NCBI GenBank assembly: GCA_022825505.1
Contig: JAJDWR010000044.1
Span: 2,220-66,219 of the forward strand
Source: Gammaproteobacteria bacterium
Lineage (GTDB): Bacteria > Pseudomonadota > Gammaproteobacteria > Steroidobacterales > Rariloculaceae
DNA length: 64,000 nucleotides
Direction of reading: 5' to 3'
Position 1 is the first letter of the stretch. Each line of letters opens with the position of its first letter. The translations under genes were made by a program, and so were the position numbers. Under the pieces are notes generated by a model. It had not been told where the DNA came from and searched no databases. It saw only the letters and a program-made list of their open reading frames with translations. Below are positions 1 to 11,871 of the stretch, piece after piece.

Positions 1-235
1 CATGGCGGATGCCAACCGCCAGGTGGTCTTCAAGGTGCGTCCCGATGCCACCCGCAAGGAGATTCGCCAGGCCGTGGAACTGCTGTTCGAAGTCGAGGTG
101 GACCGGGTGACCGTGGTCAACGTCCCCGGAAAAGCCAAGCGGCGCGGGCCGTCCAGAGGACGGCGGGCCGACTGGAAGAAAGCCTACGTGCGCCTCGCAT
201 CCGGCCACGACATCGATTTCATGGGCGTGGAGTAG
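1..235 (+). CDS. rplW: 50S ribosomal protein L23 (5'-truncated by window edge)
   Basis: ORF 2..235 (..[35 protein letters not shown]..) matches the C-terminal ~75 aa of bacterial L23. Lies directly upstream of rplB. Its first Met is internal relative to E. coli L23. Confidence 0.9.
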   Translation, partial: MADANRQVVFKVRPDATRKEIRQAVELLFEVEVDRVTVVNVPGKAKRRGPSRGRRADWKKAYVRLASGHDIDFMGVE

Positions 236-242
236 CACTGGC

Positions 243-1073
243 ATGGCAGTACGCAGAGCCAATCCGACCTCACCGGGCCGCCGATTCGTCGTGCGTTCGG
301 TGCGCAGCGACCTGCACAAGGGCAAACCCCACGCACCGCTGCTGCGGCCGAAATCCAATACGGGCGGCCGCAACAACAAGGGCCGCATCACCACGCGGCA
401 CCGCGGGGGCGGCCACAAGCGCCACTACCGGGTCGTGGATTTCAAGCGCAACAAGGATGGCGTACCCGGCCGCGTGGAGCGGATCGAGTACGACCCGAAC
501 CGAAGCGCGTACCTGGCGCTGGTTCTCTACCGGGACGGCGATCGACGCTACATTCTGGCGCCCAGGCGGTGCCGTGCCGGCGACCCGATCCAGTCGGGCA
601 CCGACGCGCCCATCAGGCCCGGCAACGCGCTGCCGTTGAAGAACATTCCCGTGGGTTCCCAGGTCCACTGCGTGGAGATGAAGGCCGGCAAGGGCGGGCA
701 GATTGCCCGCAGCGCCGGCGCCTCGGTGCAGATCATCGCCCGCGAAGGCCGCTATGCCACGCTGAGGCTGCGTTCGGGCGAGATTCGCAGGGTCCACGTG
801 AACTGCCGCGCCACCATCGGCGAAGTGGGCAACTACGAGCACAACCTGAGCAAGCTGGGCAAGGCCGGCGCAAAACGCTGGCGCGGCATCCGGCCCACGG
901 TCAGGGGCGTGGTCATGAATCCGGTCGATCACCCGCACGGCGGCGGCGAGGGAAGGACCTCCGGCGGCCGGCACCCGGTCACGCCGTGGGGCGTACCCAC
1001 CAAGGGTTACAAGACGCGCAACAACAAGCGGACCGACGACATGATCGTGCGGCGGCGCAAACGAAGGAAATAG
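243..1073 (+). CDS. rplB: 50S ribosomal protein L2
   Basis: 276-aa ORF with the diagnostic [15 protein letters not shown] motif. S10-operon order. Confidence 0.98.
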   Translation: MAVRRANPTSPGRRFVVRSVRSDLHKGKPHAPLLRPKSNTGGRNNKGRITTRHRGGGHKRHYRVVDFKRNKDGVPGRVERIEYDPNRSAYLALVLYRDGDRRYILAPRRCRAGDPIQSGTDAPIRPGNALPLKNIPVGSQVHCVEMKAGKGGQIARSAGASVQIIAREGRYATLRLRSGEIRRVHVNCRATIGEVGNYEHNLSKLGKAGAKRWRGIRPTVRGVVMNPVDHPHGGGEGRTSGGRHPVTPWGVPTKGYKTRNNKRTDDMIVRRRKRRK

Positions 1074-1079
1074 TCGATC

Positions 1080-1352
1080 ATGCCCCGTTCAATCAGGAAA
1101 GGCCCCTTCGTGGACACTCACCTGCTGCGCAAGGTGGAGGTCGCGGCGAGGAACAACGACCGCCGGCCCATCAGGACGTGGTCGCGCCGGTCCATGGTCA
1201 TTCCGGACATGGTGGGGCTCACCATCGCCGTACACAACGGCCGCGTGCACGTGCCGGTCCTGATTTCGGAGAACATGGTCGGGCACAAGCTCGGCGAGTT
1301 CGCCATGACCCGCACGTTCAAGGGCCACTCCGGCGACCGCAAGGCCAGGTAA
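1080..1352 (+). CDS. rpsS: 30S ribosomal protein S19
   Basis: 90 aa, [12 protein letters not shown].. N-terminus typical of S19. Synteny. Confidence 0.98.
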   Translation: MPRSIRKGPFVDTHLLRKVEVAARNNDRRPIRTWSRRSMVIPDMVGLTIAVHNGRVHVPVLISENMVGHKLGEFAMTRTFKGHSGDRKAR

Positions 1353-1364
1353 GGGCAGAATCCC

Positions 1365-1697
1365 ATGGAAACTTCGGCAAAACTGCGCTATGCGCGAATC
1401 TCGCCACAGAAGTGCCGGCTGGTGGCCGACCAGATCCGCGGGCTGCCGGTTTCGGACGCGCTCAACCTTCTTCATTACAGCCCCAAGAAGGCGGCGCACC
1501 TGCTCGGCAAGGTACTGGAATCGGCCATCGCCAATGCCGAACACAACCACGGCGCGGATATCGATGAACTGACGGTCACCACGGTGAATGTGGGGATGGC
1601 GCCGGCCTACCGGCGCTACCGCGCCCGTGCCAAGGGCCGCGGCAACCGGATTCGCAAGCTCAACAGCCACATCACCATCGAGGTCGCCGACGAGTAG
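1365..1697 (+). CDS. rplV: 50S ribosomal protein L22
   Basis: 110 aa, ..[22 protein letters not shown].. typical of L22. Synteny. Confidence 0.97.
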   Translation: METSAKLRYARISPQKCRLVADQIRGLPVSDALNLLHYSPKKAAHLLGKVLESAIANAEHNHGADIDELTVTTVNVGMAPAYRRYRARAKGRGNRIRKLNSHITIEVADE

Positions 1698-1715
1698 CGC
1701 CGACGGGTATCAACT

Positions 1716-2399
1716 ATGGGACAGAAAGTACATCCGATCGGTATTCGTCTGGGCATCACCTCGGAGTGGGCGTCGAAGTGGTTCGCCGATTCGCAGACCT
1801 TCCCGGAGTATGTGCAGCAGGATCACCAGGTCCGCGAATTTCTCAAGCGCAAGCTCAAGGATGCGTCGGTGAGCCGGATTCACATCGAACGGCCGGCAAA
1901 GCGGGCGAACATCACCATCCACACGGCGCGGCCGGGCATCGTGATCGGCAAGAAGGGCGAGGATATCGAACGGCTGCGCGTGCAGGTGGCGGAGTTGCTG
2001 GGCATGGCGTTGCACGATGTGCGCCTGAATATCGCCGAAATCCGCAAGCCGGAGATGGATGCCCAGCTGGTCGCCGAGGGTGTGGCGCAGCAGCTCGAAC
2101 GGCGGGTCCAGTTTCGCCGCGCCATGCGGCGGGCCGTGACCAACACCATGCGCATCGGCGCCGAGGGCATCAAGGTGAAGGTGTCCGGGCGGCTCAACGG
2201 CGCGGAAATCGCGCGTTCGGAATGGTATCGCGAGGGCCGCGTGCCGCTGCACACCTTTCGCGCCGACATCGACTACGGACTTGCCGAGGCGAGGACGACC
2301 TATGGCGTGATCGGCGTGAAGGTCTGGGTGTTCCGCGGCGAGGTATTCGAGTCCGGCGACGAGGGCGGAGACGGGAAGGACTCCCGATCCAGGCCGTAA
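1716..2399 (+). CDS. rpsC: 30S ribosomal protein S3
   Basis: 227 aa, [14 protein letters not shown].. N-terminus typical of S3. Synteny. Confidence 0.98.
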   Translation: MGQKVHPIGIRLGITSEWASKWFADSQTFPEYVQQDHQVREFLKRKLKDASVSRIHIERPAKRANITIHTARPGIVIGKKGEDIERLRVQVAELLGMALHDVRLNIAEIRKPEMDAQLVAEGVAQQLERRVQFRRAMRRAVTNTMRIGAEGIKVKVSGRLNGAEIARSEWYREGRVPLHTFRADIDYGLAEARTTYGVIGVKVWVFRGEVFESGDEGGDGKDSRSRP

Positions 2400-2439
2400 C
2401 GGTCGTCGAAGGCACTGACGAAACCGGCAGAGACGCGAC

Positions 2440-2853
2440 ATGCTGCAACCGAAACGCACAAAGTTCCGCAAGACGCACAAGGGCCGCAACCGCGGGCTGG
2501 CGCAGCGCGGCAATGCCGTCAGCTTCGGAGAATTCGGCCTGAAGGCCATGGGCCGGGGCCGCATCACCTCCAGGCAGATCGAGGCGGCGCGCCGGGCGAT
2601 GACCCGGCACGTCAAGCGGGGCGGCAAGATCTGGATCCGGATTTTTCCGGACAAGCCGATTACCAAGAAGCCCCTCGAAGTGCGTCAGGGCAAGGGCAAG
2701 GGCAACGTGGAGTACTGGGTGGCACTGGTTCAGCCGGGCCGGGTGTTGTACGAGATGTCCGGCGTTTCCGAGGAAATCGCCAGGGGCGCGTTCCGGCGGG
2801 CGGCGGCAAAACTGCCCGTGGCCACGCGGTTCGTGACCCGGCAATCGCTGTAG
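2440..2853 (+). CDS. rplP: 50S ribosomal protein L16
   Basis: 137 aa, [19 protein letters not shown].. typical of L16. Confidence 0.98.
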   Translation: MLQPKRTKFRKTHKGRNRGLAQRGNAVSFGEFGLKAMGRGRITSRQIEAARRAMTRHVKRGGKIWIRIFPDKPITKKPLEVRQGKGKGNVEYWVALVQPGRVLYEMSGVSEEIARGAFRRAAAKLPVATRFVTRQSL

Positions 2854-2860
2854 GACGGAT

Positions 2861-3064
2861 ATGAAGGCTAGCGCGTTGAGGGCCATGTCGCCTGACGAAC
2901 TGATGGAAGAGCTGGTCCGGCTTCGGCGGGAACAGTTCGACCTGCGTATGCAGGCTGCCACCGGGCAGGGCGCACGCTCGCACCAGAAGGGCCTCGTGCG
3001 CAGGGATATCGCTCGGGTGAAGACGGTTCTTCGCGAGCTTGACAACGCGGAGCGCGCATCATGA
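2861..3064 (+). CDS. rpmC: 50S ribosomal protein L29
   Basis: 67 aa, position and sequence (..[19 protein letters not shown]..) typical of L29. Confidence 0.95.
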   Translation: MKASALRAMSPDELMEELVRLRREQFDLRMQAATGQGARSHQKGLVRRDIARVKTVLRELDNAERAS

Positions 3065-3474
3065 CCGGGAACGAAGTGAACGAGACTGCGGTGGAAACCG
3101 AAGCAGAGCAGACGGCCGAGGCGACGGCGGAGCAGGCGGCTGAGCCCGTGGCCGAGGCGACTGCAGAGGAAACGGCCGAGGAAACGGCTGTGCAGGCGCC
3201 CGAGCCGACGGCCGTGCAGAAGACCGAACGCAGGGTCTTCGGGCGCGTGGTGAGCAACGGAGCGAACAAGACCGTTTCGGTGTCCGTCGAGCGGGTCGTC
3301 AAGCATCCGGTCTACGGCAAGTACATCCGGCGGACCACCAGGGTGATGGCGCACGACGAGGACAATGCCTGCCGGATCGGCGACCGCGTCGCGATCGCGG
3401 AGTGCCGGCCGGTTTCGAAGCGCAAGTCCTGGCGGGTAGTGGAAGTGTTCGGCAATAACGGAGCACAGCAATGA
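3061..3474 (+). CDS. rpsQ: 30S ribosomal protein S17 with ~50-aa acidic A/E/T-rich N-terminal extension
   Basis: C-terminal 85 aa (..[43 protein letters not shown]..) is canonical S17. ATG 3061 overlaps the rpmC stop (ATGA). An alternative canonical-length start is GTG 3214. Confidence 0.9.
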   Translation: MTGNEVNETAVETEAEQTAEATAEQAAEPVAEATAEETAEETAVQAPEPTAVQKTERRVFGRVVSNGANKTVSVSVERVVKHPVYGKYIRRTTRVMAHDEDNACRIGDRVAIAECRPVSKRKSWRVVEVFGNNGAQQ

Positions 3475-3839
3475 TCCAGGCACAGACCATCCTGTCGGCG
3501 GCGGACAACAGCGGCGCGCGCCGCCTGATGTGCATCAAGGTGCTCGGCGGGTCCAGGCGCCGCTACGCGCGGATCGGCGACATCATCAAGGTCACCATCA
3601 AGGACGCGATTCCAAGAGGCAGGGTCAGGAAGGGCGAGATGTACAGCGCCGTCGTTGTTCGCACCAGCCACGGCGTACGCCGTGCGGACGGTTCGGCCAT
3701 TCGTTTCGACTCCAATGCCGCGGTGTTGCTCAACGCCCGGCACGAACCCATCGGCACGCGGATTTTCGGACCGGTCACGAGGGAACTGAGAACCAGCAGG
3801 TTCATGAAGATCATCTCCCTGGCCCCGGAAGTGCTCTGA
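3471..3839 (+). CDS. rplN: 50S ribosomal protein L14
   Basis: 122 aa, [27 protein letters not shown].. typical of L14. Confidence 0.98.
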   Translation: MIQAQTILSAADNSGARRLMCIKVLGGSRRRYARIGDIIKVTIKDAIPRGRVRKGEMYSAVVVRTSHGVRRADGSAIRFDSNAAVLLNARHEPIGTRIFGPVTRELRTSRFMKIISLAPEVL

Positions 3840-3853
3840 GGCGGACGAAGCTC

Positions 3854-4174
3854 ATGGCTGCAAGGATCAGACAGGGCGATGAGGTCATCGTGATCGCCGG
3901 CAAGGACAAGGGTCGGCGGGGCCGCGTGGCGCGCGTTTTCAGCGATGGCCGGGTGGTGGTCGAAAACATCAACATCGCGCGCAAGCACCAGAAACCGAAT
4001 CCGAACGCCGGCGTGGCGGGCGGCATCATCGAAAAGGAGATGCCGCTGGACGGTTCCAACGTGATGGTATTCAACCCCGTCACCCAGCGCGGCGACCGGG
4101 TGGGGTTCCGCACGCTGGCGGACGGCCGCAAGGTGCGTTACCTGAAGTCGAACGACGAAGTCCTGGACGCCTGA
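3854..4174 (+). CDS. rplX: 50S ribosomal protein L24
   Basis: Internal ATG 3854 of ORF 3530..4174 gives [23 protein letters not shown].. (KOW motif), 106 aa. Confidence 0.95.
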   Translation: MAARIRQGDEVIVIAGKDKGRRGRVARVFSDGRVVVENINIARKHQKPNPNAGVAGGIIEKEMPLDGSNVMVFNPVTQRGDRVGFRTLADGRKVRYLKSNDEVLDA

Positions 4175-4175
4175 C

Positions 4176-4715
4176 ATGACCCGACTGCAGGAAATCTACC
4201 GGAACGAGGCTGCGCCCAAGCTGATGAAGCAACTTGGCATCGGCAATCCCATGGCCGTTCCCAGGTTCTCGAAGATTACGCTGAACATGGGCGTGGGCGA
4301 AGCGGTGGCCGACAAGAAGGTGCTGGACTACGCGGTCGCGGACCTGAAGAAGATCGCCGGACAGCAGCCGGTCATCTGCAAGGCGCGGGTTTCGGTCGCC
4401 ACCTTCAAGATCCGGACCGGGTTTCCTGTGGGCTGCAAGGTCACGCTGCGCCGGGAACGCATGTGGGAGTTCCTGGACCGGCTGATCAATATCGCGATTC
4501 CGCGGGTCCGCGACTTCCGCGGCCTGAGCGCAAGGTCGTTCGACGGCCGCGGCAACTACAGCATGGGCGTCAGGGAACAGATCATCTTTCCCGAAATCGA
4601 CTACGATCAGGTGGACGCGATTCGCGGCCTGGACATCTGTATCACCACCACGGCAAGAAACGACACAGAGGGCAGGGCGCTGCTGGAATCGCTCAACTTC
4701 CCGCTGCGCGCATGA
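4176..4715 (+). CDS. rplE: 50S ribosomal protein L5
   Basis: 179 aa. Sequence and spc-operon position. Confidence 0.97.
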   Translation: MTRLQEIYRNEAAPKLMKQLGIGNPMAVPRFSKITLNMGVGEAVADKKVLDYAVADLKKIAGQQPVICKARVSVATFKIRTGFPVGCKVTLRRERMWEFLDRLINIAIPRVRDFRGLSARSFDGRGNYSMGVREQIIFPEIDYDQVDAIRGLDICITTTARNDTEGRALLESLNFPLRA

Positions 4716-4726
4716 GAGGACCGGCC

Positions 4727-5032
4727 ATGGCGAAGAAATCAATGATCATGAGAGAGCGCAAGCGCGTGGCGACCGTGAAGCGGTATGCCGCCAGGCGCGC
4801 CGAATACAAGCGCATCATCCGCGATCCCAATTCCACCGACGACGAGCGCGAACAGGCGCAGCTGAGGCTCCAGGCCCTGCCCCGTAACGCCAGTCCCGTG
4901 CGGATGCGCAATCGTTGCGCGGTATCCGGCCGCCCAAAGGGCTTCTACCGCAAGTTCGGTCTGGGCAGGAACATGCTGCGCGAGGCCGCCATGCGGGGCG
5001 AGATTCCGGGCCTTTCCAAGGCGAGCTGGTAG
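4727..5032 (+). CDS. rpsN: 30S ribosomal protein S14
   Basis: ATG 4727 inside ORF 4463..5032 gives [13 protein letters not shown]...[21 protein letters not shown].., 101 aa. Confidence 0.95.
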   Translation: MAKKSMIMRERKRVATVKRYAARRAEYKRIIRDPNSTDDEREQAQLRLQALPRNASPVRMRNRCAVSGRPKGFYRKFGLGRNMLREAAMRGEIPGLSKASW

Positions 5033-5048
5033 TTGTGGAGACGACCCG

Positions 5049-5444
5049 ATGAGTATGACGGATCCCATTGCCGACATGTTGACCCGGATCAGGAACGGGC
5101 AGAAGGCCAGGATGCACACGGTGTCCATGCCCGCATCGAAGATGAAGCTCGCGGTTGCCAACGTGCTGGTCCAGGAAGGCTATCTGGACGATGTGACCGT
5201 CGAAGAAGACGGTGTCAAACGCAGCATGACAGTCACGCTCAGGTACCACGAGGGCGAGCCGGTCATCGAGCATGTTGCAAGGGCGAGCCGTCCCGGTTTG
5301 CGCCTCTATGCGGGCGTCGACGAGATTCCCCGGGTCCAGGGTGGGCTCGGATTGGCGGTGGTTTCCACCTCGAGGGGCGTGATGAGCGATCGGCAGGCCC
5401 GCGATCAGGGTCACGGCGGCGAGGTGATCTGCCTGGTGTCCTAG
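5049..5444 (+). CDS. rpsH: 30S ribosomal protein S8
   Basis: 131 aa, [18 protein letters not shown].. typical of S8. Confidence 0.98.
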   Translation: MSMTDPIADMLTRIRNGQKARMHTVSMPASKMKLAVANVLVQEGYLDDVTVEEDGVKRSMTVTLRYHEGEPVIEHVARASRPGLRLYAGVDEIPRVQGGLGLAVVSTSRGVMSDRQARDQGHGGEVICLVS

Positions 5445-5463
5445 GCGGCGCGGGGAAACGGCC

Positions 5464-5997
5464 ATGTCCAGAATTGCAAAGAATCCGGTAGCCATCGGCA
5501 GCGGTGTGGAAGCCGATCTCAAGGGGAACTCCCTGACCGTCAAGGGGCCCAAGGGGAGTCTGACGCTGGAATGCCATACGGAGGTCCAGGTGGACAAGGT
5601 CGACGGCGAACTGCGCATATCGCCCCGGTCCGGAAGCCGGTTTGCCAGGGCCATGGCGGGCACCACCCGTTCGCTCATCAACAACATGGTGACCGGGGTC
5701 ACCTCGGGATTCGAGCGCAAACTCAGACTGGTGGGCGTCGGATACCGGGCGAAGGCGCAGGGACGGCAACTGGACATGACCCTGGGATTCTCCCACCCCA
5801 TCAACTACCGCGTTCCGGAGGACGTGACCATACAGACCCCGAGCCAGACCGAGATCGTGGTGCAGGGAATCGACCGGCAGCGTGTCGGTCAGGTGGCGGC
5901 CGACCTGCGCCGCTTCCGGCCCCCGGAGCCCTACAAGGGCAAGGGCGTGCGCTATGCGGATGAGCGGGTCGTTCTGAAGGAAGCGAAGAAGAAGTAG
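5464..5997 (+). CDS. rplF: 50S ribosomal protein L6
   Basis: 177 aa, MSRIAKNPV.. typical of L6. Synteny. Confidence 0.97.
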   Translation: MSRIAKNPVAIGSGVEADLKGNSLTVKGPKGSLTLECHTEVQVDKVDGELRISPRSGSRFARAMAGTTRSLINNMVTGVTSGFERKLRLVGVGYRAKAQGRQLDMTLGFSHPINYRVPEDVTIQTPSQTEIVVQGIDRQRVGQVAADLRRFRPPEPYKGKGVRYADERVVLKEAKKK

Positions 5998-6003
5998 CAC
6001 CTC

Positions 6004-6357
6004 ATGGACAAGAAGCAACGCAGGCAGCGGCGGGCGCGGCGCGCGAGAGCCAGGATCAGGCGCCTTGGCGTCACGCGGCTGTGCGTGCACCGGACGCCGC
6101 GGCACATGTATGCCCAGGTCATCGCGCCGCAGGACAACCGTGTCATCGCCAGCGTATCCACGCTCAGCCCGGAACTGCGGGGCGAGCTCAAGGGTACGGG
6201 CAACAGGGAAGCGGCCGCGGCCGTGGGCCGGTTGATCGCCGAGCGCGCCACCGCGCAGGGCGTCGACCGGGTCGCCTTCGACCGCTCGGGATTCAGTTAT
6301 CACGGCCGGGTCAAGGCGCTGGCGGATGCCGCCCGTGAAGGGGGGTTGAGCTTTTGA
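6004..6357 (+). CDS. rplR: 50S ribosomal protein L18
   Basis: 117 aa with basic N-terminus and ..[27 protein letters not shown]-terminus. Confidence 0.97.
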   Translation: MDKKQRRQRRARRARARIRRLGVTRLCVHRTPRHMYAQVIAPQDNRVIASVSTLSPELRGELKGTGNREAAAAVGRLIAERATAQGVDRVAFDRSGFSYHGRVKALADAAREGGLSF

Positions 6358-6860
6358 ACGGTAAGCAACGAATGGCAGGAACGGAAGAACTCCAGGAAAA
6401 ACTCGTCGCCGTCAATCGCGTCGCCAAGGTCGTCAAGGGCGGGCGCCAGTTCGGGTTTACCGCCCTGACGGTGGTCGGCGACGGCAACGGCCGCGTGGGC
6501 TTCGGTTACGGCAAGGCGCGGGAACTGCCGCTGGCGATCCAGAAGTCGATGCAGGCGGCCCGTGGCAATCTTGCGCGGATCAACCTGTGCAACGAGACGC
6601 TGCAGTACGAACTTCGCGGTCGCCACGGCGCCACCCGGGTGTTCATGCAGCCGGCCTCCGAAGGCACGGGCATCATCGCCGGCGGCGCCATGCGCGCCGT
6701 ATTCGAATGCGCCGGGGTGCGCAACGTGCTGGCCAAGAGCTACGGTTCGCGCAATCCCATCAACGTTGTTCGGGCCACCGTGGATGCGCTGGTCGGGATG
6801 CGCTCGCCCGAGGAAATTGCCGCGAAGCGCGGCAAGACCGTGGCTGAAATCGCCGGATGA
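6354..6860 (+). CDS. rpsE: 30S ribosomal protein S5
   Basis: ..[44 protein letters not shown].. is S5. The track start 6354 is TTG. ATG 6372 ([10 protein letters not shown]) aligns better with E. coli S5. Confidence 0.95.
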   Translation: MNGKQRMAGTEELQEKLVAVNRVAKVVKGGRQFGFTALTVVGDGNGRVGFGYGKARELPLAIQKSMQAARGNLARINLCNETLQYELRGRHGATRVFMQPASEGTGIIAGGAMRAVFECAGVRNVLAKSYGSRNPINVVRATVDALVGMRSPEEIAAKRGKTVAEIAG

Positions 6861-7048
6861 GATCGGACATGGCGAAGTTGAAAGTCAAGCTGATGAAGAG
6901 CAAGTACGGGCGCAAACCCGGTCACGCCGAGTGCGTTGCGGGGCTGGGGCTGAGACGCCGCGAGCAAACCGTGGTGGTCGCCGATACGCCCGAGAACCGC
7001 GGCATGGTCAACAAGGTGTCGTACCTGTTGAAGGTGGAGGAGGTCTGA
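6857..7048 (+). CDS. rpmD: 50S ribosomal protein L30
   Basis: ..[30 protein letters not shown].. is L30. ATG 6857 overlaps the rpsE stop. ATG 6869 matches the E. coli N-terminus. Confidence 0.93.
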   Translation: MRSDMAKLKVKLMKSKYGRKPGHAECVAGLGLRRREQTVVVADTPENRGMVNKVSYLLKVEEV

Positions 7049-7049
7049 G

Positions 7050-7484
7050 ATGCGGCTGAATACCCTCAAGCCCCCCGCCGGGTCGCGCAAGACGCGCAAG
7101 CGCGTCGGCCGCGGTATCGCCGCCGGTCAGGGCAAGACGGCGGGCCGTGGCGACAAGGGCCAGCGGTCCCGCTCGGGCGGCTACAGCAAGGTCGGCTTCG
7201 AGGGCGGGCAGATGCCCCTGCAGCGGCGCCTGCCGAAGGTGGGCTTCAGCTCCCGCAAGGCACGCCATGTCGCCGAAGTCAGGCTGCACGAACTGGCCCG
7301 GGTCGCGGATGAGACCGTGGACCTGGCGGCGCTGAAGGCAGCGGGGCTGGTGCCGAAGTCCACGCGCCGCGCCAAGGTGTTCCTGTCCGGTACGATCGAC
7401 CGGGCGGTCAGGGTGGTCGGACTCGGCGTCTCCCGCGGGGCGCGCGAGGCCATTGAGGCCGCCGGCGGCAGCGTGGAGTCCTGA
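7050..7484 (+). CDS. rplO: 50S ribosomal protein L15
   Basis: 144 aa, [30 protein letters not shown].. typical of L15. Confidence 0.97.
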   Translation: MRLNTLKPPAGSRKTRKRVGRGIAAGQGKTAGRGDKGQRSRSGGYSKVGFEGGQMPLQRRLPKVGFSSRKARHVAEVRLHELARVADETVDLAALKAAGLVPKSTRRAKVFLSGTIDRAVRVVGLGVSRGAREAIEAAGGSVES

Positions 7485-7486
7485 CC

Positions 7487-8818
7487 ATGGCCAGAGCGGG
7501 CGCGGCAAATCCTGCATCGGTGCTCGGCGCGGCCGGGCGCTTCACCGAGGTACGCCAGCGGCTGTTTTTCCTGGTGGGCGCCCTGGTGGTCTACCGTGTC
7601 GGCACCTTCATCCCGGTACCGGGCATCGATCCGTTCGCGCTGGGGCAGTTCTTCGAGCAACAGGCCGGCACGATCCTGAGCATGTTCAACATGTTCTCGG
7701 GGGGTGCGCTGGAAAGGATGTCGATTTTCGCGCTGGGCATCATGCCGTACATTTCCGCCTCGATCATCATGCAGCTGGCCGTGCACGTGGTTCCAACGCT
7801 GGGCCAGCTGCGCAAGGAAGGCGAAGCGGGCCGCCGCAAGATCACCCAGTACACGCGTTACGGCACCGTGCTGCTGTGTTCGTTCCAATCCGTGGCCGCC
7901 ACCAGCGCGTTGCAGAACCAGGGCGTCGTGGTCAGTCCCGGCGTCGGATTCGTGTTCAGCGCGTCGGCCACGCTGGTCACCGGCACCGTGTTCCTCATGT
8001 GGCTGGGCGAACAGATCACCGAGCGGGGCATCGGCAACGGCATCTCCATGATCATTCTCGCCAGTATCGTATCCGGGCTCCCGGCGGCCATCGGCGGCAC
8101 GCTGGAACTGGTCAATACCGGCGGCATGAATCCGGCCCTGCCCTTTGTTCTGGGCCTGTTGCTGCTGGCCGTTACCGGCTTCGTCGTGTTCATGGAGCGA
8201 GCCCAGCGGCGCATCACCGTCAATTACGCCAAGCGGCAGCAGGGCCGCAGGCTGTACGCGGGACAGACCTCGCACCTGCCCTTCAAGATCAACATGTCCG
8301 GCGTCATCCCGCCGATCTTCGCGTCCAGCCTGATCCTGTTCCCGGCGACGATCGCAACGTGGTTCGGCACCGGACAGGCGGTTTCGTGGCTGCAGCGCCT
8401 GGCGGCCAGCCTGGCGCCCGGTCAGCCCATCTACATCCTGCTCTACGCGGGGCTGATCATCTTCTTCTGTTTTTTCTATACCTCGCTGGTATTCAATTCC
8501 CGGGATACGGCGGACAATCTCAAGCGTTCCGGCGCGTTCATTCCCGGGATCCGTCCGGGGCGGCAGACCGCGGATTACATCGACAAGGTGCTGACCCGGC
8601 TGACGTTCTGGGGCGCCATGTACATCACCGGCGTCTGCCTCATGCCCGAGTTCATGATCTACCAGTTCAACGTGCCGTTCTATTTCGGCGGCACCTCGCT
8701 GCTGATCATCGTGGTGGTGACCATGGACTTCATGTCCCAGTTGCAGGCGCACATGATGAGTCATCAATACGAAGGGCTCTTGAGGAAGGCCAATCTTCGC
8801 GGCGTCGGCCGCCGATAG
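7487..8818 (+). CDS. secY: preprotein translocase subunit SecY
   Basis: 443-aa polytopic membrane protein (..[17 protein letters not shown]..). Lies between rplO and rpmJ. Confidence 0.97.
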   Translation: MARAGAANPASVLGAAGRFTEVRQRLFFLVGALVVYRVGTFIPVPGIDPFALGQFFEQQAGTILSMFNMFSGGALERMSIFALGIMPYISASIIMQLAVHVVPTLGQLRKEGEAGRRKITQYTRYGTVLLCSFQSVAATSALQNQGVVVSPGVGFVFSASATLVTGTVFLMWLGEQITERGIGNGISMIILASIVSGLPAAIGGTLELVNTGGMNPALPFVLGLLLLAVTGFVVFMERAQRRITVNYAKRQQGRRLYAGQTSHLPFKINMSGVIPPIFASSLILFPATIATWFGTGQAVSWLQRLAASLAPGQPIYILLYAGLIIFFCFFYTSLVFNSRDTADNLKRSGAFIPGIRPGRQTADYIDKVLTRLTFWGAMYITGVCLMPEFMIYQFNVPFYFGGTSLLIIVVVTMDFMSQLQAHMMSHQYEGLLRKANLRGVGRR

Positions 8819-8836
8819 GGCTACCGGGAGGCGAAC

Positions 8837-8950
8837 ATGAAAGTCAGGGCATCGGTCAAGCGAATGTGCAGGAACTGCAAGATCGTTCGCCGCAAGGGTG
8901 TGGTCCGGGTGATCTGCAAGGATCCGCGCCACAAGCAGAGACAAGGATAG
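8837..8950 (+). CDS. rpmJ: 50S ribosomal protein L36
   Basis: Not in the ORF track because it is too short. Hand translation from ATG 8837 gives [37 protein letters not shown], stop TAG 8948-8950. Confidence 0.93.
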   Translation: MKVRASVKRMCRNCKIVRRKGVVRVICKDPRHKQRQG

Positions 8951-8971
8951 AGCACTAAGGAGGGTAGCGTC

Positions 8972-9328
8972 TTGGCCCGTATCGCCGGAATCAATATCCC
9001 CGTACACAAACACGTCGGCATTGCGTTGACGCACGTCTACGGCATCGGCCGCAGCAGCGCCAAAATCGCCTGCCGGGTCGCCGGGGTCGACCCCGCCACG
9101 CCGGTGCGCAACCTGAGCGAACCGGAGGTGGCCAAGCTTCGCGAAGTCGTCAGCCGATTCACCGTCGAAGGCGATCTGCGCCGGGAAACGGCCATGAACA
9201 TCAAGCGGCTCATGGACCTGGGCTGCTACCGGGGAATTCGTCATCGCCGCGGGCTGCCCACCAACGGCCAGCGCACGAGAACCAACGCCCGCACCCGCAA
9301 GGGACCGCGGCGGCCCATCAGGAAGTAA
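8972..9328 (+). CDS. rpsM: 30S ribosomal protein S13
   Basis: 118 aa, (M)ARIAGINIP.., TTG start at 8972. Confidence 0.96.
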   Translation: MARIAGINIPVHKHVGIALTHVYGIGRSSAKIACRVAGVDPATPVRNLSEPEVAKLREVVSRFTVEGDLRRETAMNIKRLMDLGCYRGIRHRRGLPTNGQRTRTNARTRKGPRRPIRK

Positions 9329-9334
9329 CCGACC

Positions 9335-9721
9335 ATGGCCAAACCGACTCGAGGCAGGAAGAAGATCAAGCGCACGGTGCTGGATGCCGTGGCGCATGTG
9401 CATGCGTCCTTCAACAATACGATCATCACCATCACCGACCGCCAGGGCAACACGCTGGCGTGGGCGACGTCCGGCGGTTGCGGATTTCGGGGCTCGCGCA
9501 AGAGCACGCCCTTTGCGGCCCAGGTTGCCGCGGAAAAGGTGGGCAACGTCGCCAAGGATTACGGCGTCAAGAACCTGGAAGTCCGGGTCAAGGGACCGGG
9601 ACCGGGGCGCGAGTCCTCTATCCGCGCGTTGAACGCTCTCGGGTTCCGGGTCACCCAGATCGAGGACGTCACACCCATTCCTCACAATGGCTGCCGCCCC
9701 CCCAAGCGGCGCCGCGTCTGA
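9335..9721 (+). CDS. rpsK: 30S ribosomal protein S11
   Basis: 128 aa, ..[19 protein letters not shown].. typical of S11. Confidence 0.97.
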   Translation: MAKPTRGRKKIKRTVLDAVAHVHASFNNTIITITDRQGNTLAWATSGGCGFRGSRKSTPFAAQVAAEKVGNVAKDYGVKNLEVRVKGPGPGRESSIRALNALGFRVTQIEDVTPIPHNGCRPPKRRRV

Positions 9722-9733
9722 TCGGAAGCAATT

Positions 9734-10354
9734 ATGGCGAGATATCGAGGACCGACCTGTAAATTGGCCCGCCGGGAGGGCACCGACCTGTTCCTGAAGA
9801 GCGGAGTCAAACCCCTGGAGGCCAAGTGCAAGCTGGAAGTTCCCCCGGGTGGCCCCGGGCAACGCCGGCCGCGCTTCTCCGACTACGGTCTGCAGCTTCG
9901 CGAGAAACAGAAGCTGCGGCGCATGTACGGCATTCTGGAGCGCCAGTTCCGCAACTACTACAAGCGTGCGGCGCGCGGCAAGGGTTCCACCGGAGAGAAC
10001 CTGCTGCGCATGCTGGAAGGCCGTCTGGACAACGTGGTCTATCGCATGGGGTTCGCCTCCACCCGCGCCGAGGCGCGCCAGTTGGTGAGCCACAAGGGCA
10101 TCGTGGTCAACGAGCGGATCGTCAACATCCCCTCGTACCAGGTCAGGACTGGGGACACGGTCGCAGTGCGGCAGCGTGCCCGGGCGCAGATGCGTATCAA
10201 GGCCGCCCTGGACATCGCCACCCAGGTCGGGATACCCGAGTGGGTGGAAGTGGACGAAAAGAAGATGGAGGGGGTGCTCAAGGCGCTGCCGGAGCGGGAC
10301 GAGATCCTCCCCGACATCAACGAGAATCTGGTCGTCGAGTTGTATTCCAAGTAA
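9734..10354 (+). CDS. rpsD: 30S ribosomal protein S4
   Basis: 206 aa, [24 protein letters not shown].. typical of S4. Confidence 0.97.
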   Translation: MARYRGPTCKLARREGTDLFLKSGVKPLEAKCKLEVPPGGPGQRRPRFSDYGLQLREKQKLRRMYGILERQFRNYYKRAARGKGSTGENLLRMLEGRLDNVVYRMGFASTRAEARQLVSHKGIVVNERIVNIPSYQVRTGDTVAVRQRARAQMRIKAALDIATQVGIPEWVEVDEKKMEGVLKALPERDEILPDINENLVVELYSK

Positions 10355-10366
10355 GAGGAAAACCAG

Positions 10367-11377
10367 ATGCAGGAATCAGCCACGGAGTTCCTGAGGCCCC
10401 GGACCGTCAAGGTTCAGCCCTCGGACGAACACAATGCGAGAATCATCGTCGAGCCCTTCGAGCGCGGCTTCGGCCATACCCTCGGCAATGCGCTGCGGCG
10501 GGTATTGCTGTCTTCCATGCCGGGGGCGGCGGTGACGGAGGTGGAGATCGACGGTGTGCTGCACGAGTACACCAGCATCGAAGGCGTCCAGGAAGACGTC
10601 GTCGACATTCTGCTCAACCTCAAGGCGGTCGCCATCCGCATGCACACCCGCGAGGAAGCCGAACTGACGCTGCACAAGAAGGGTGCGGGCCCGGTGACCG
10701 CGGGCGACATCGTCTGCGATCATGACGTGGAGATCGTCAACAAGGACCTGGTCATCGCAAACCTGACCAAGGCCGGCGAACTCCGGGCGTTCCTCAAGGT
10801 GGCCCGCGGGCGGGGTTATCGGCCGGCGGTCAGGGAAACGGAGTTCGACGGTCCCACGCGGCCCATCGGCCGGCTTCAGCTCGATGCATCATTCAGCCCG
10901 ATACGGCGCGTGACCTATAACGTGGAAGCGGCCCGCGTGGAGCAGCGCACGGACCTGGACAAGCTCATCATCGACATCGAGACCAACGGCGCCATCGATC
11001 CCGAGGAGGCGATTCGCCGGGCGGGAAGCATCCTCAAGAACCAGCTCGACGTGTTCGTGGAACTGCAGGGCGAGGCGGACCTCGGTTACGGCCGTCCGGA
11101 TACGCTGGTCGACCCGATCCTGCTCAGGCCCGTGGATGAACTGGAGCTGACGGTGCGCTCGGCAAACTGTCTCAAGGCGGAAAACATCAACTACATCGGC
11201 GACCTGGTGCAGCAGACCGAAGTGGAATTGCTGCGCACACCCAATCTCGGCAAGAAATCCCTGACGGAGATCGAGGAAGTGCTCGAGGGTCACGGGTTGA
11301 CGCTGGGCATGCGGCTGGAGAACTGGCCGCCGCCGGCGCTGCGCACGGACGAGCAGCCCAGCCCGATGGCATTCTGA
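10367..11377 (+). CDS. rpoA: DNA-directed RNA polymerase subunit alpha
   Basis: 336 aa, ..[33 protein letters not shown].. and C-terminal ..[23 protein letters not shown].. Confidence 0.98.
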   Translation: MQESATEFLRPRTVKVQPSDEHNARIIVEPFERGFGHTLGNALRRVLLSSMPGAAVTEVEIDGVLHEYTSIEGVQEDVVDILLNLKAVAIRMHTREEAELTLHKKGAGPVTAGDIVCDHDVEIVNKDLVIANLTKAGELRAFLKVARGRGYRPAVRETEFDGPTRPIGRLQLDASFSPIRRVTYNVEAARVEQRTDLDKLIIDIETNGAIDPEEAIRRAGSILKNQLDVFVELQGEADLGYGRPDTLVDPILLRPVDELELTVRSANCLKAENINYIGDLVQQTEVELLRTPNLGKKSLTEIEEVLEGHGLTLGMRLENWPPPALRTDEQPSPMAF

Positions 11378-11393
11378 TCCCGAGGATCCCACC

Positions 11394-11762
11394 ATGCGTC
11401 ACCGCAAGTCCGGCAGGAAGCTGGGGCGGAATTCCGCCCACCGCAAGGCCATGTTCCGCAACATGGCGGCATCGCTGTTCCGCCACGAAACCATCAGGAC
11501 GACCTTGCCGAAGGCGAAGGAGCTGCGCCGTGTTGCGGAGCCGCTGATCACGCTGGCCAAGCAGGACGGGACTTCCCGGCGGCGGCTGGCTTTCGCGCGG
11601 CTTCGCGACGATGCGGCGGTGGGCAAGCTCTTCGACGAGTTGGGGCCGCGGTTCAGGGATCGGCCGGGGGGGTACTTGCGGATTCTGAAGGTCGGCTATC
11701 GTGCGGGGGATGCGGCGCCGATGGCGGTGGTGCAGTTGCTGGATCAGCCGGAGTCGGAGTAG
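11394..11762 (+). CDS. rplQ: 50S ribosomal protein L17
   Basis: 122 aa, [25 protein letters not shown].. typical of L17. Confidence 0.97.
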   Translation: MRHRKSGRKLGRNSAHRKAMFRNMAASLFRHETIRTTLPKAKELRRVAEPLITLAKQDGTSRRRLAFARLRDDAAVGKLFDELGPRFRDRPGGYLRILKVGYRAGDAAPMAVVQLLDQPESE

Positions 11763-11871
11763 GGCGCGACCTCTATCGCTGACGGGCGTGAGTCGACAGC
11801 ACTCTCGCGCTGAGTTTGGCGGCGGCGTGGCGAATAGCTTTTGGCGACAAAATTTTCGCGCTGGTTTGGGC

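Noticed and set aside
7181-10093. 970-aa minus-strand ORF spanning secY to rpsD
   Set aside because: It is antisense to six unmistakable conserved genes (rplO, secY, rpmJ, rpsM, rpsK, rpsD). The translation is low-complexity and Arg/Ala/Gly/Pro-rich with no motifs. This is the typical stop-codon-poor antisense frame of high-GC DNA.
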